Assembly (NCBI RefSeq): GCF_009914755.1
Contig: NC_060925.1
DNA from: the human T2T-CHM13v2.0 reference genome, Homo sapiens
Strand: one strand, 5' to 3'
DNA length: 64,000 nucleotides
The position numbers and the translations under genes were made by a program. Positions 44,964-58,659 of this stretch are shown piece after piece. The notes under the pieces were generated by a model. It was not told the DNA's origin. It worked only from the letters and a program-made list of their open reading frames with translations, and made no database searches. Each line of letters begins with the position of its first letter. Within the stretch, counting starts at the first letter, position 1.

Positions 44964-45919
44964 TAATAATTTTGAAGGCTGTTTAGCAGCTAACGAATGT
45001 GTTCCTCTTGATCTAACACTTCACCAGTGCTAGAAATTTTATATTTGATTTGTGATACAGATTCTGGTGTGTTTTTACTTTGTGTGTTTTGCAGCAACAA
45101 GAATATCTTAGGACATGAGTGCCCTCCCAAGTAGAGTTTGTGTGGATATTTAACTTCACCAAGTTGCTAGTTCAGTTAGCACTTCACTGACAACTGCAGT
45201 GGAGTGAACAGGGAAACTTAAGCTCTTATTCTTAGAGGTATCTTGAAAATGTCCGGTGGTATCTTCTAGCCAGTTCTCTGGTTATACCATTTCAGTGGGG
45301 GAATATATGGGGAATACATTTGTCTTCACTCCTTCCCATGCTCTTTTTTGCATTGGTTTGAAGACTTTTCATATTTCTGAGAACTCTAGTCATTTCAAAT
45401 ATTAGTTGATACCACTTCAATATGTGACTTATAACAAAAAAATAGAGAAAGTATACATTTGGAATTTACACAATCTAGAAACAGTTTACTTTAACATAAG
45501 CCTGTTCTTTCAACAGATTAGTTCATCAGAATGCCAAAAGGCGTTCTTGATGGCTGTTTTAATTTATTAATATATATTAAAGTAAGTTTTTTGGTTAGAT
45601 TTAACTGGTTCAAGAAGGGAAATCATGTATTGGTTCAAAAATAAGAAAAAGGCAGATTTTAGCCTTCTTAGGGGTGGGTGAGAGCCAAGGAAACAGCTGC
45701 CTTGTTTTAATTTAAAGAATTTAGAATATTTTTAAATTTGGACTGTGTAGACAGTGAGAGTTCTGCAGAGAATTAAACGAAGTAATATTCACTTTTGGGG
45801 GCTTTATCTAGACTAGAAGGTATGTTGAAGTGAGGAACTATTTTGTTTCTAAACCGTAGGTGGAATCTCCCTCCCCGCAAAAAAAAAAAAAAAAAAAAGA
45901 AACAAAAAACAAAAAGGAT

Positions 45920-46610
45920 CACTCTCTTGGATAACCATTGTGCAATGATCCAAATCAGGAAGCTAACAGCAACACATTATTTTACTAGCTAATATGTACA
46001 CCTTACTCAGGTTCTGTCAATTGTTCCAATCATGTCTTTGTAGGAAAAGAAAACGTTTCCACATTCAGTTGTTATGTCTTATGTGTTTGGCTGGTACCTT
46101 AGTCTTTGTCTTTTATAACCTTTCAGTTTTGAGAACTGGTTGGTTATTTTGTAGAATGTCCCAGAGTTTGAGCTTCTCTTATGGTTTCATCATGATTAGA
46201 TTCGACGTATGCATTTTGGGCAGAAATCTACCAGAAGTGATGCTCTGTTTTCTGTGCATCGTATCAGGAGACATATGATGTTGGTATGTCTTATTACAAA
46301 AGTGTTGTTTTTTTTCTTTTGTAATTAATAAATATTTTATGGGGAGATATTCTGAGGCTATGTGTTTTGTTACTCCTCAAACTTTTACCTACTTTTAGCA
46401 TCCATTTATGATTCTTGCCTGAATTAATCATTACTGTGATGATTGCCAAATGGCGCTTTTCTAATTCCAACATTTCTTTTTTACTGATTAGTTGGGATCT
46501 CCTTTAAGGAAGAGCTTTCCTTTTTATTTACTTGTTCATTCCTTCCTTTCTTCATTCATTCACATGAGGCTGGACTCACGGATTCTCATTTTATTCAGTG
46601 GGTTTTAGAT
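45920..46610 (-). mobile_element. L1MC-like fragment
   Basis: ttattttgtagaatgtcc...catgattagattc...tgcattttgggcagaaat...gggagatattctgaggctatg. Confidence 0.7.
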
Positions 46611-47405
46611 AGAATTTTACTTGTATTGATACCCTTGTAACTTTTTTAACAGATCATTTGTTGTGAGAGAAACCAATAGGCTGTTTCCCCAAATTCTAGG
46701 GGTGTGAACTTTGCACTCAGTGGATCTTTTCTTCGGGATCTTGTTCTGGGTGGAATCAATTTGATGGTGGCCCTCACTACTTCCAGTCATACGTGGCTTA
46801 AGAATGTGATGGTTTAGGAGCATAATACATGGGAGATACTTCCTGCTGTATTTAAAAGTTAAAATGTGGAAGTTTGATGTCCGGTCCGAAGGGCGAGGCA
46901 CGGACCTCCCTGGACCAGAGCAGGTTGGTGGCCCCGGGCGGCCTCCCGTTGGCGGCTCTGGGATAGAAACCGCGGCGCATTTGTAAGTGCTTGCGCGTGG
47001 TTCCTCCTCGTTGTCCTGTTGAAGTTGCTCTTGGTCTGGAACGCGCGCTAGTCGTTGTCTTTCAGCACTCCGCTTTCCACACCGCACGCTTTTCAGTTAT
47101 GCTTTACATTTCTCCTCGACTTAGATTTCGTGAGCAAAATGGTCCCATGTTTTATTTTTTCTCGTGCGTGGGCCGTCGTGAGGCTTTAAACAGGAAACTG
47201 GGACAGCACCCGGGCTCCGCTACCCGTCACCGGGCCTTCCGCGCCCCTCGCCCCACGCCGCGGGTGCGGTCCTCCCTCCAGCAGAGGGTTCCGGGCGCCG
47301 GCGCGGCCCGCACGGGGCCGGGAGCCCTTCCTGCCGGCCGGGTGCGCGCGGCGCCGCCGACAGCTGTTTGCCATCGGCGCCGCTCCCGCCCGCGTCCCGG
47401 TGCGC

Positions 47406-47415
47406 GCCCCGCCCC
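47406..47415. promoter_or_regulatory. Sp/KLF GC box
   Basis: GCCCCGCCCC, ~20 bp upstream of a CCAAT box inside the CpG island. Confidence 0.65.
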
Positions 47416-47432
47416 CGCCAACAACCGCCGCT

Positions 47433-47442
47433 CTGATTGGCC
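47433..47442 (-). promoter_or_regulatory. NF-Y CCAAT box (reverse orientation)
   Basis: CTGATTGGCC reads GGCCAATCAG on the minus strand, matching RRCCAATSR. Confidence 0.7.
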
Positions 47443-47467
47443 CGGCGCTTGTCTCTTCTCTCCCCGC

Positions 47468-47477
47468 AGCCAATCGC
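47468..47477 (+). promoter_or_regulatory. NF-Y CCAAT box overlapping the exon 6 acceptor
   Basis: AGCCAATCGC matches RRCCAATSR. Confidence 0.55.
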
Positions 47478-47596
47478 GCCGGGCGAGGAGCTCCTGGTCT
47501 GGTACAATGGGGAAGACAACCCTGAGATAGCAGCTGCGATTGAGGAAGAGCGAGCCAGCGCCCGGAGCAAGCGGAGCTCCCCCAAGAGCCGGAAAG
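47470..47596 (+). CDS. PRDM2: PRDM2 exon 6 (127 nt; PIAPGEELLVWYNGEDNPEIAAAIEEERASARSKRSSPKSRK-G), end of the PR/SET domain
   Basis: Acceptor ctctccccgcag|CCA and donor AAAG|gtagga; ORF 47437..47733; SET-type GEELLVWY motif; phase 0 to 1. Confidence 0.97.
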
Positions 47597-50093
47597 GTAG
47601 GAGCCCCCCGGCCCGCCCGCCCGGCCCCGGCGCCACGCCCGCCCAGGACGCCGCCCTGCCGCCCTCGCTGCTGCTGGCCCGACCGCGAGGCGGGTCGCGG
47701 GCTCGGGCGGCGGCGCCCGCGGCATCTCGGTGACCTTTTCCGGACTCGGCCCTGCCCCGGCCCCGCTCCCGCCCTGCGGTCCCGCTCGGGCCCTGCGATC
47801 GCTGCCCTCCCGCCCTGCCGACCCGGCCCCGCTGCTGAATCACGGCCGCCGCGCGCTCGGGCTGTTTCTTAACTTGTGACTTAGCTCCTGGGCGGCAGAA
47901 AGTGCGCGGACGGCGTTCCGGGGCCGGACGTTCCCCCGCTGGCACCCCAAGCCGCGCTCCGCAGCCGCGCGCACGGCGGGCGCCCGAGCTTTCTCGCGGC
48001 TAGCTTGACAGCCCCGGCTCCGCAGACTCGGGCCCGCCGCGCAGGACGCGGGCCGCGTCGGTCGCGGAGTCGGGGTGTGGGAGTGGGGGAGGCAGAGACA
48101 GTGAGAGACAGAGACAGGAGGCGGCGGGGAGGGCAGGGAGACTGCGGGTGCGGTGGGCTTCCGAAAGGATGCCCAGGGGGATGTGGAAGTTAGAGAGCGT
48201 GTTGTTTTGTCGTTTTGACTCAATTCTCATAGTTTTACGACTTCTGATGATTTCGAACAAAAGGTAAAGTGTAGTCACACTTAAAAAGGGAGGGGATAAT
48301 TTCTGGGTAGGAAAATAGTTTGGTTGGCTGTATCATATTTCCAGTGGGCATACTGACACGTTGGGGCTTTTTTTTTTAATGAAGAATTTTAATGTGAATT
48401 GGGGAATAGTTCATAGATCCCAGTTTGAAAATATGCCAAGGCACAGTATGGTTAGTTTCTTATTGATACAAATACAGGTTTGTGTTTTTTGTTTTTTTGT
48501 TTTTTTGTTTTTTTTTTGCTCTCCTTAGGTCTTAAGTAGATTTCTTTTTAGTCATCTGAACGAACGAGTCCATCCTTTATCCAGAACATTGCAAAGTGAG
48601 TTGTGGAAGTCATACTGTAAATAAAATCATATCGTAAACTCGATTTGGGAAAATGTTAAAATCGGCATTAAGGAATGTAGGCAAGAAGTCTGTTCTGATT
48701 TTTCAAGTATGTATTCTTTGTATGTCACCACAAAATGGAAATAGAATTAATTCCCCCGTGAAACAGTTAGTAGGCCTATTACTGAATATGCATTGTCTAT
48801 TTATTGAATGTGATGTAGTCACTGCTTCAGAGCATTAAATGCTTTTGATCCTGAATCAGACGATCAGAGTCTAGAAAATTCCCAGTTTTTTTTTTTTTTA
48901 ACTTTTAACTGAGTTCTGGGATTTTATTGCTATTAGGCTTAGTGCTTAACTGTTTGTAGTGAAAACTTTTTATGTAATTCAACTTGTTTCTTTATTTAGT
49001 ATTCATTTTGTTTATAACTAATGTTACCAGCCTTCCGGGTAAGTTATTTGTAGGGGGCTGGAGATGGGGAGGACAGTACCCTCTTTACTGTGCCACTAAT
49101 CATAACTAACTCCTGTACTTAAATAGATTTGTAGTTTAATAGCAACCTTACTTTAACGCTTTTCTCTGTTTGGCATACTTTAGTGTGCATGTTTAGAACA
49201 TATGTCATTACTCTTTTGCTTTTTTGTTTATCTGTTTATTTTTCTCTTGGTTGGATTTGGGGAAAAACTTGAACATATACTTTTTGTTTTATTAGTGATA
49301 TATGAACTTAATAGCTGCATTTTTATACCTGCGTAGACTGTTGGTGTTTCGTATTAAATAGTTCATATTTCTTATTATCCTATTATTTTGTACTACTCTG
49401 GGCAGCCTATAACCCAGAATCCTAGGTTTTAATTAATTAAAAGACTTATGTTTATGCAGAGCTCTCTGTTGGAACTTACAGTCTGTTTTTAACAGCTTAC
49501 TGGTTAAAGAGACCTATTTGCTCTTTAAGACTTAAACTTTGGAGAGTTTAAGTAATGAGTCAAACCTTTTTTACTTTTAAATTAAATACTCAGTTAAAAC
49601 CAATTTATAGCTTGCAAAGACCTGAAATGGAGTCTTTTTTTTTTTTTTTAATTAACTCAGTTCTGTTTAGGTCTTATGTGTGACCTCAAACATTTAAATA
49701 ATATCTTTTCAGGCAGTGATGTCAGAGAGTGAATCAACATAAATGTCATTCAGAGGCAGTGTTAACTTAGTATTGCTGAAAGCCGCATGTTGAATACATA
49801 GAGCCGACAGGTAGATTGACAGTGGGCTTGACTTCATTTTCGTTATGAGACAGAGAGAAAAACAAAGGGCTGAATTCTTCATAGTTCTGGACCTCAGCTC
49901 CTTTGCGTGACAGCTGCTATACTTACAGCTGTGCATTGCATGTGGTGCCTTTCAGAATTCATCAGATCGCTGGTGGATCATAAGGCGTGTTTGGGTAGAG
50001 CAAAGCCCTGATTTCTTTATATACAAAGTAGTGGCCCCTTCTCTCTCCCCTCATCACCTTTCTTCTCTCCTCCCCTCCCCTCCCCTCCCCATA

Positions 50094-50350
50094 TTCATTC
50101 ATTCATCTAATGTTTATTGAGCCCCTGCTGTGTACTAGGCACTCTGCTGGGTTGTAGCACACAGTGATGAGCAAAAAAGCAGCGGCGACTCTTCTTATGG
50201 CGCCGACAAACGTTAAATCAGTAAATAGCTGATCAGTGCCTAGACAGTTGGCATGTAGTAGGCCCTCAATAAATATTCATTGATTGGCAATGACTCACAC
50301 AAATGTGTTAGGAAGGAAAAGAATGCAGTGCTATGAGAACACAGTTCATA
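50094..50350 (-). mobile_element. L2 3' end containing an oppositely oriented L2 3' end (about 50233-50286)
   Basis: ttcattcattcat...tttattgagcccctgctgtgtactaggcact and cagtgcctag...gtagtaggccctcaataaatatt. Confidence 0.7.
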
Positions 50351-53300
50351 TTGTCTGCGACCTTGGAGCGTGCATTTTTGCCATGGGCCAAAGATGGATA
50401 TACATCAGCATTTTAAACTGGACTTTAATTTGGATTCCCAGATTTGTAATTGAGCTTCACTTTTTACATATCTGAGCAGCCTCTGTAAAATGGAAAATAA
50501 GTTCCTTAGATGGAATAGATTAATCTTTCAGGTAGAGAGCAAGGAGGGTTTTTAGTGTCAGGTGTTTCAGGCTATTTTAATGTGAACCACAGAAAAATTA
50601 TAATTATAAAATAGCATAGAAACGGTCAAATTTAGAAGTATTTCTCATCTTCTTGATTTCTGTCCCCTGTTTGTTTTGGTGAGAAATGAGAAATTGAATT
50701 TGCTTGTTAGCAGTAAGCAATGACTGTTGGCAAATGCTCTTCCAGAGTGTAGATTATAATAGCAGAGTGTTTTCCCTGCTCTCTCAGTTACATAAGAGCC
50801 TTAACCTGAAGTTCTTTTACCTGGAGAAACAACAGTGGCTTTCTACAAATGGGCTTAGTGGAAGGAATGAAAAAGACGGGATGCCTGGGCGTTTACCAGG
50901 TGTGCGATCTTGGACAGCTCATGTCACCTTTCTGAGATGAAGTTTCCCTAGCCTTAAAAATGAATATCATCATATCGATGATGCTTGTGCCACCTAACCT
51001 CACAAAGTTGTCAAGAGCAAGTGAGATAATAGAAACATGCTCTGTGAAGCTGTGGGCTCTTGGGAACTGTAAGTACCACTCCTTAGAACATGGCTGGCGT
51101 TTACTTCCCTGCTACTTGCGGAGGAACTACTGAGTTGGTGACTCATTTAATCAATGGGGATTTATGGAGCACCTGTGTAAGCCCAAAATAAGCACTGGGT
51201 CTCTTCTTTCCCTCTTCCCTCCTACGTCACAGCCTCATTCTGTGCTGATTCACCCTTATTTTAGGTTCTAACCTATTGACCTCGCTGTTCACAGCAAATT
51301 AAGAGAGAAGAGTTTATAGCGGCAAGAAGTTTTTATACCTGAAAGCTGGATAGTGAAGAAGACAGAAAGTTTATTACAAAATCGGTAATGAATTATAAAG
51401 AACAAGTTCCTTAAGGTCAGTTAGTAGGTTCAGATAGTCCTTCCTAAAAACCGTCAGTAGTGCCTGAGAATATCAGCTATAGCTTATAAGTATTTATCTC
51501 AGCGACTCTTAGTCACCACAGAACAGTTAAATTATAATCAGCTTAGCAAAGTAATATTTTATCTGTCTCTACGATCAGAATTGTTTAAATTAAAAACCTT
51601 GGTACTGTGACGACACTCAAGTTTTTTGAAATTGTACATATTTGAAATTCTTCTCTAAAGGTGCGAAATAACAAGCCTTTAGAAACTTAAAATATAGGGA
51701 GGTAAGACAGCCACATGCAAAGATAACTCAGTCTAAGGTAGTCTAAAAAAAGTGCAACACGGATGGTATAGGCAGTAAGGACTATTGACCCTCCCTAAGA
51801 GAAGGAAAAAGGGATGCTGAGCTGGGCTGGGCTGGCTAGGGAGCCTTTATGTAGAAAGAGTGGCAGGATGGGGATGTTTCAGAAGAGAGAGAGGAAGGAG
51901 GAGGACATCAAGAGGAACCTTGGGGACTGAGAAGTTGTGACTGTGTGGATGGTCTTCCCTTCTGTTACTTAACAAGTATTCCTTGCATCTGTGTCAGGCA
52001 CTATTCTGGGTGCTGGAGTTTCAGCAAAGAACTAAAATGACAAGGGTCCCTGTTCACATGGAATCACATTCTGGAGAGTGGGGAGTACAGGCCAACAGAT
52101 GAAGTAGGTAAACCTTGTCATGTCAGTAGTGTTTTGCAGGGTGGGTGGAGGAGGTATGGCCTGACTGTAGGTGGGAGATCAGGGGTGACCATTCTGAGGT
52201 TGTGACATAAGTGACACAGGAAGTTCTAGGGGCTGAGGTCTCCAGGAAGAGGGACCTAGTTCTATTAGCAGTTCTACTCATGTAGAAACCTACATGAGTA
52301 TTTTTGGATTATGAAACTCAGTTCTGCAAATGGACATATATTGGCCCTTTTTCTGCCAGGCGCTGCACCAAGTGGCTGGGTTGGTTGGTGGGGGAGATGA
52401 GAGAGATGACTACAGCAGGCAGCATCCTCCTCCAGTGCGGAGTCTCCAGTCCGTTTCATGACAGCCACGCACAGGTCAGACTTAGTGGGTGTTCTGGTTG
52501 ATGTGGGAGAGAAGGAAAAGGACACTTTCCAAAATTGGATAACTTGTCCAAGATCACCCTACCAATGAGTGTCACAGTCAGAATTTGAACCAGTTTTCCC
52601 ATGCCTTTTCTTCTACATAATGTGGAGCTTTTTGTCCACTCCTACATGCAGTTGACAACAACAGAAGTGACAGCATTGGTTCCATTTAAAGTTGAACTTA
52701 GAGAATACATTTAATAAAAGCAGAGAGTGGACGGGCTTCCGTGGAGTTTGATCTCCTAACCTTTCGTAGCAGCCAGCAGCTCTGTTTCAGGCTCTAAGCT
52801 GAATGACAGAGGCCTGGCTGTGGTGTCTGAGGATGATGGTAGATGGGCCCTATGCCTACTGGGTGCCTGGTGGGCAGGTCCTGTGCCCACTGACTTATAG
52901 GGCACTGGCCTGTGGTTCCTGTTTGCAGGTGCTGGAGCAGGATGTGGAGTGCTTGGACATGGCAGTATTCCTGTGTCTGGCTTTTTGCTGGCAAGCTTGT
53001 GGCATGAGACACAAATGAGCTGTTTCTGGGTTGGTCAGTCTTGGAGGGGCCTGTCTCTGCTGTAGCTTTCTGGCTGCCTCCTAGCTGAGGGTGCCTTTGC
53101 TGAGCATTGAATGTCCCGTCTCTGGTGGTTGCCTGCCAGGATGAACTCTGCTGCTGTTATGGTGGCGGTCTGTTTTTAAAAGCTCAGTACGGTTTTAATT
53201 AGTAGTTTTTCAACAGTAGGAGTTCGGGAATTATAAAAAATTTGCAGTTCTGCTGCTGCTACTGAATTGCTCCAAATTTAGATGAAAATGTTGGTCAGTA

Positions 53301-53878
53301 TTTTCGTTTTGTGCCTTTGATTCTTATGTCTATCCTTGTTTACAGGGAAATTATGTGGATTAACGTAAATTTTTCAAAGCATTTTGCAAATTTTTTAGCT
53401 GTATTTTAGTGGGTGGATTTGCAAAAATCCTAACATATGCCATGATTAAAAAGTTTTAAATATCATAATTGAGTGTATTGGGAACCATGCTGTGCCCTAT
53501 TTTTAGGTGGTTATTTTGGTTCTCTTGTCCATATGTAAATTGGAAGGTAAGACTTGCCTAATACAGAAATAAAGTTCGATTATGATTAAATTTTCTAAAC
53601 TATATAAAAGAGGTAACAAGATCCTTATAGTTAGTTCAAAATACTTTAGTTGATTTTTACAAATCCACTTATAATTTGAAAGTAAAAAACCTAATTTCCT
53701 GTGTTTTCCTTAAATATGAACACTAGGTTATTTTTCTAAATGATGAATTTTTATTGTTTTTTTTTAAACTCGTTCAGTGTTTTTTTTTCCCTAGACAATT
53801 TCATGTTCCAGTTTACAGATAGCTGTTACGACATTCAAACCTAATGTTCGTGGGAGCATTATAGAGAGGAGGGTGTAG

Positions 53879-54025
53879 TTATTTTATTTTTCAATAAAAT
53901 AACTTTTAAAGTTTATTTATTTTGTAGAGACAGGGTCTTTCTGTGTTGCCCAGGTTGGACTCGAACTCCTGAGCTCAAGCTGTCTCCCTGCCTTAGCCTC
54001 CCTAATAGCTGGTATTACAGGCTTG
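53879..54025 (-). mobile_element. FLAM/Alu monomer (antisense)
   Basis: Single left-arm-like monomer; TSD AGGGTGTAG at 53870-53878 and 54029-54037. Confidence 0.85.
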
Positions 54026-54078
54026 TACAGGGTGTAGCTTTGTATTTAAAGTTGCCTCTAAAGAATTGAGGAATTGGA

Positions 54079-54433
<355 letters not shown>

Positions 54434-54889
54434 TTAAAAATAGACTTTTCTTTTAGTTAAATGTTGTATGGTGAACTGAAGCTGAAGTTTCAGGTAGACT
54501 GGCATGGTACTTTGTTGGCATTCAGATGGCTTGTTTATATTTCACATGCTGCCAAGTACAGGCCTGAAGTTTTATTTTGACCATCCATCTGGCTCAGAGT
54601 GTTTTATTAATATTCCTAATTTGGTTGAAATAGTTTAGAGGAGCTGAATGACATGGAGAAACAAAAGTTACTTGAAAATGCTATTCTCTAAGTGAAAAAG
54701 AGAAATACTGCAAGTAGCTGTTTTTCTTTTTGCCACCCAGATTAAACCAGTTTTCATACATTACAAGAGTTCTTGGATGAATTCATTTATTACAATGTAT
54801 TTTGATGTGGACATATGTCATGACTTGACACTTATTTGCACATCATGTCATTATGCCATGAATTGCTCACTTCTGTTGATGGTGACAAT

Positions 54890-55060
54890 GACAGCAGTTA
54901 CACTCGTTTCTAGCATTATGTTGGTTGCTCTGTGTATACCATAGCTAATCCTCCCAATAATCCTGCGAAGTTGAGATCCATATCCTCATTTGTAGAAGAG
55001 GAAACTGATGCTCCGAGGGGTTATGTGCTTTGGCCGAGTTCACACAGGTCCTAAATAAAA
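54890..55060 (-). mobile_element. MIR
   Basis: aatcctcccaataatcctgcgaag...cctcatttgtagaagaggaaactgatgctc. Confidence 0.7.
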
Positions 55061-56252
55061 GGCTCTGTCTGTCTAAATCCAGTTTTTATGCATGATGTTT
55101 CTAAGTAGGACAGTTATACTGTATAAATTGCAGTGTTTTATTTGCTTTACTAACTAGCCAAGGTGAATTTTCACTGCTCACTGTAAGAAGTGCCCACTTT
55201 AATTCTAAATACCAAGACTATGATTAAGTGAAGTGTTTGGTGTAGGAGAGACCAGTCATGGTGACACCTTCAGCTGTTTTTGCTTTGGAGATTTATGGAT
55301 TGCATAGGTATATTGTATTCCTTCAAACACCCCAAATAGTTTTTAAAAACACAGATTGCATTTTTACTGCTTTCTAGCTATTGTCTTTCAAGTGTTTTTT
55401 AAATGACATATTTGTTGGTTTAAGTTTCTAATGAATATTTTCTTTCTCTTAGGTTTTATATTATTTTGGCATTAGTTTTGAAACCAAAAGAGCACAGTAA
55501 GACATTGCTTTTGCCTAACTCCCTCTGCAGTGCAGAGGATCGAGTTTAGGATTATAGAGCTCTTTCATTTTGTCTTATTGATGAGAAGCTTTAGCTGTCA
55601 GCTCTGCAGCACTGGTCTTGTGTTGAGACTGGGTTAACAGTCTGGTTGTTCCACCAATAAAAATACACATTTTAAAGTTTTCTTAAGCTGAATGTTATAT
55701 AGACAATGAACATGCTTTTTAATTAATGTGTAGTCTAAAGATTAATTACAGAAACTGTAAGTGCAATTCTGATTTGTTTGTGGATATAATTGAGTTACAT
55801 CATGCTTGTTAGTCTTTTCAGCTTTAGGTGGTGACATTTTGTTTTTTATTTGTTTTGCCAAAATGTTTATTTGCAGAGGTGGATAGCTTTTTTTTTTTTT
55901 TTTTTTTAACTTTCATTTAAGAGGAATGCACATGAACTATTTGAAGCAGTACCTTCCTAAGAGGTTTTGTTTGCTGATAAAGCTTTCCTATTCTAGCTGC
56001 TTGACTCATACCAGAGGAGAAGCATTAAAGAAGACCAGAAGGTGAAAAGAGTCACCCTAACCTATCCATGTGTGCTCTTGAATTTTCCTAAGGAGGGGCA
56101 CGCGTTGATTTCCTCATTGTCTTTATCCCACAATAGATTCTTAGAATATGTATGTCTATATAAAATTTTTAAAACTGCTTGAGTTTGTAGCCAAATGTAA
56201 TGTGGCTTTTTCTACTTGGAACTTTTACTGAGAGTACTTTATTTGATTGTTA

Positions 56253-56579
<327 letters not shown>

Positions 56580-58659
56580 TTAACACCCGCCCCAACCACC
56601 CAAACATACTGTAGGCAAGGCAGAACTACAGTTTGTAATCTATGCTTTCAATTTTCAAAGGTCTTTAGCATTTTTCTTTCTGTTCTAACCTGTTCTCTGA
56701 AAAATAGGAGAAGGTAACTTTGTTTAAAAGGTTAAAACTTGGTGCGTATATTAAGAAAATATCCTAAGGGATTCTGGGTAAGAGACTAGAAAATTCTCAG
56801 TGTTCTGGAGCATTTATTGTAGCTGCTTGCTATTCCTGCTTCTGTGGCCATGATCCTGAAATTTAAAAATATTTTGATGAAAGTTTTAATAATCTAGTCA
56901 ACGTGTAGTTATTTTAGATGCTTATATATTAAAAGTACATACCATTTTTTATTTTTAATAGACTATTTGAATAGTTTCAGAGGCAAGAGATTTATTCTAA
57001 TGAATAAGATAATGATACTGTGTGTGTGGTATATAAAAATAACAGTTTATAAGATAAGAATATAACATCTAAAATACTGCTAATTTGATACTTTTCATGA
57101 CTTTCAATTTTATATGTTCTTGTTAGTTTAATCAGTGTCTGAATGATGAAAAACTAATTTCACTCTTAGTGAATTAGCTGTCTGTTACCAGTTATGGAGA
57201 GTAGCAAAGGATTGGCCGGTTAAAAAGAAAACTAATTCAGCATTGCTTAGGCTAAAATTCCCCTACCCTTTTTTTTTTTTTTTTTAAATGAAAACTACAG
57301 CGATAAACAATCTTTTTTCTTGTATTTATAAACCTACCTCTTGGGGCAGTCTTTTGTAGATTTCCTGAAACACCACATGCCAGAAAAATGAAGGCAAACT
57401 GGTTTGTTCACCCATGTTTAGAACCCCAAGACGGAATTATGTGCAATGTTTGAAGTTGCAATGCCGTTTAGAATGGGCAACAATGCAGTTTCTGAGCCTT
57501 TTGTTATTCTTTTTACCATTTGGCCTCTCAGGTTCAGTTTTCATTCTGTTGCCAGTTTGAGATGTAGGATATGCCTTTCTGGTTCTGTTGGCTACATTTT
57601 TGTCTTTCATGTTTGGGATTATCAGAGCCTGCTTCTCTGGAATAAAGAGATTACTGGCCATAAGCAGAATGTCTAAGGGCCTGTGAGAAATGAGAGTTCC
57701 TACTGTCCACCTCTTGTCTTGGTGCTTTTGCCATGACGATGTTAATGTTGGTCATAGCTGGGTCCCAAGTCTTCTAATCTTCTGTAGCAGGTTTACGCTG
57801 TGGGCAGCACCATGATGATAATAGTTGTAGTTTTGATCTTTTATATGTGGAACAATCTCCTTGACTGTTTACACACGATGGACTGTAATTTTTGTAGGAT
57901 TAGCACTAATGTTGAAATTATAATTTCCCTTTGATATCCAAGAAAATAAGGAAAAAGTATCAATAATAATAATAAATATCATATGTTGTCAGTGGTCTCA
58001 ATCTTGGATTTTTGGACCAGGGGTTTAAGATTCCAAATCTACTTGATTTTAGGAATTTTGTTAATTGCTAAAGGTGTGATCCACAGTGTCCTTCCCTTGT
58101 TAGGTGGGTCATGGGCTTGTTTGATAAGATCAAATTTGAGTGGTAAGCTTAATACCTATTTTTAGTTATTATAAATCCAGGAATTCAGGATAGAAGATAA
58201 TGTAAATTACTGTTTGTATGCCAAGATAAAATTTGGGGTTGTAGTAGAGTGCAGAAAATATTAAATCAAGAAAAAGTGATACTTACTCAATTTCTGTCTG
58301 ACCCTTTTAAGTTTTAAAGACAGGATCCTATAAATCTCATGGGTGATTGTCAGAAAGTACATGGAATTGGTGAACTTTGTTTTCATAGCAAATGATTCTT
58401 GTGCTTCCCCCTACCTTCAGTTTCTATGCTAAGCACATTAAAAAAAAAACCTGCCTAAAAATTTTTTTTAGTGGGTGGGAATATACTGCTTGGGCTTCAG
58501 TGTTGCTTTTGCATTAGATGCAGATTGATCAGTACTTTGAAAATGGATAGCTTGTTTAAAATGAGCCTGGAGTGTGCGTGTATGTTGGCTGGAGGGGAGA
58601 GGGGGAAAGTTGCTGACCCAGCTATACCTTGAGTGTTAGGAGATGTGCAGCATGCAGAA

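Larger units (their letters stand above)
46880..48165. promoter_or_regulatory. PRDM2: Intragenic CpG island; internal promoter of the PR-less RIZ2 isoform
   Basis: Abrupt ~1.3 kb of very GC- and CpG-dense sequence in an AT-rich, CpG-depleted background; contains a GC box and two CCAAT boxes. An internal RIZ2 promoter at the intron 5/exon 6 boundary is established knowledge. Confidence 0.9.

Noticed and set aside
46617-48278. Cluster of long ORFs on both strands (up to 241 aa) over the CpG island
   Set aside because: Ala/Arg/Gly/Pro-rich ORFs are expected from stop-codon scarcity in GC-rich DNA; only 47470-47596 has splice sites and PRDM2 identity
50071-50090. (TCCCC)4 tract, G4-capable on the template strand
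   Set aside because: Ordinary simple repeat at an L2 tail with no independent support
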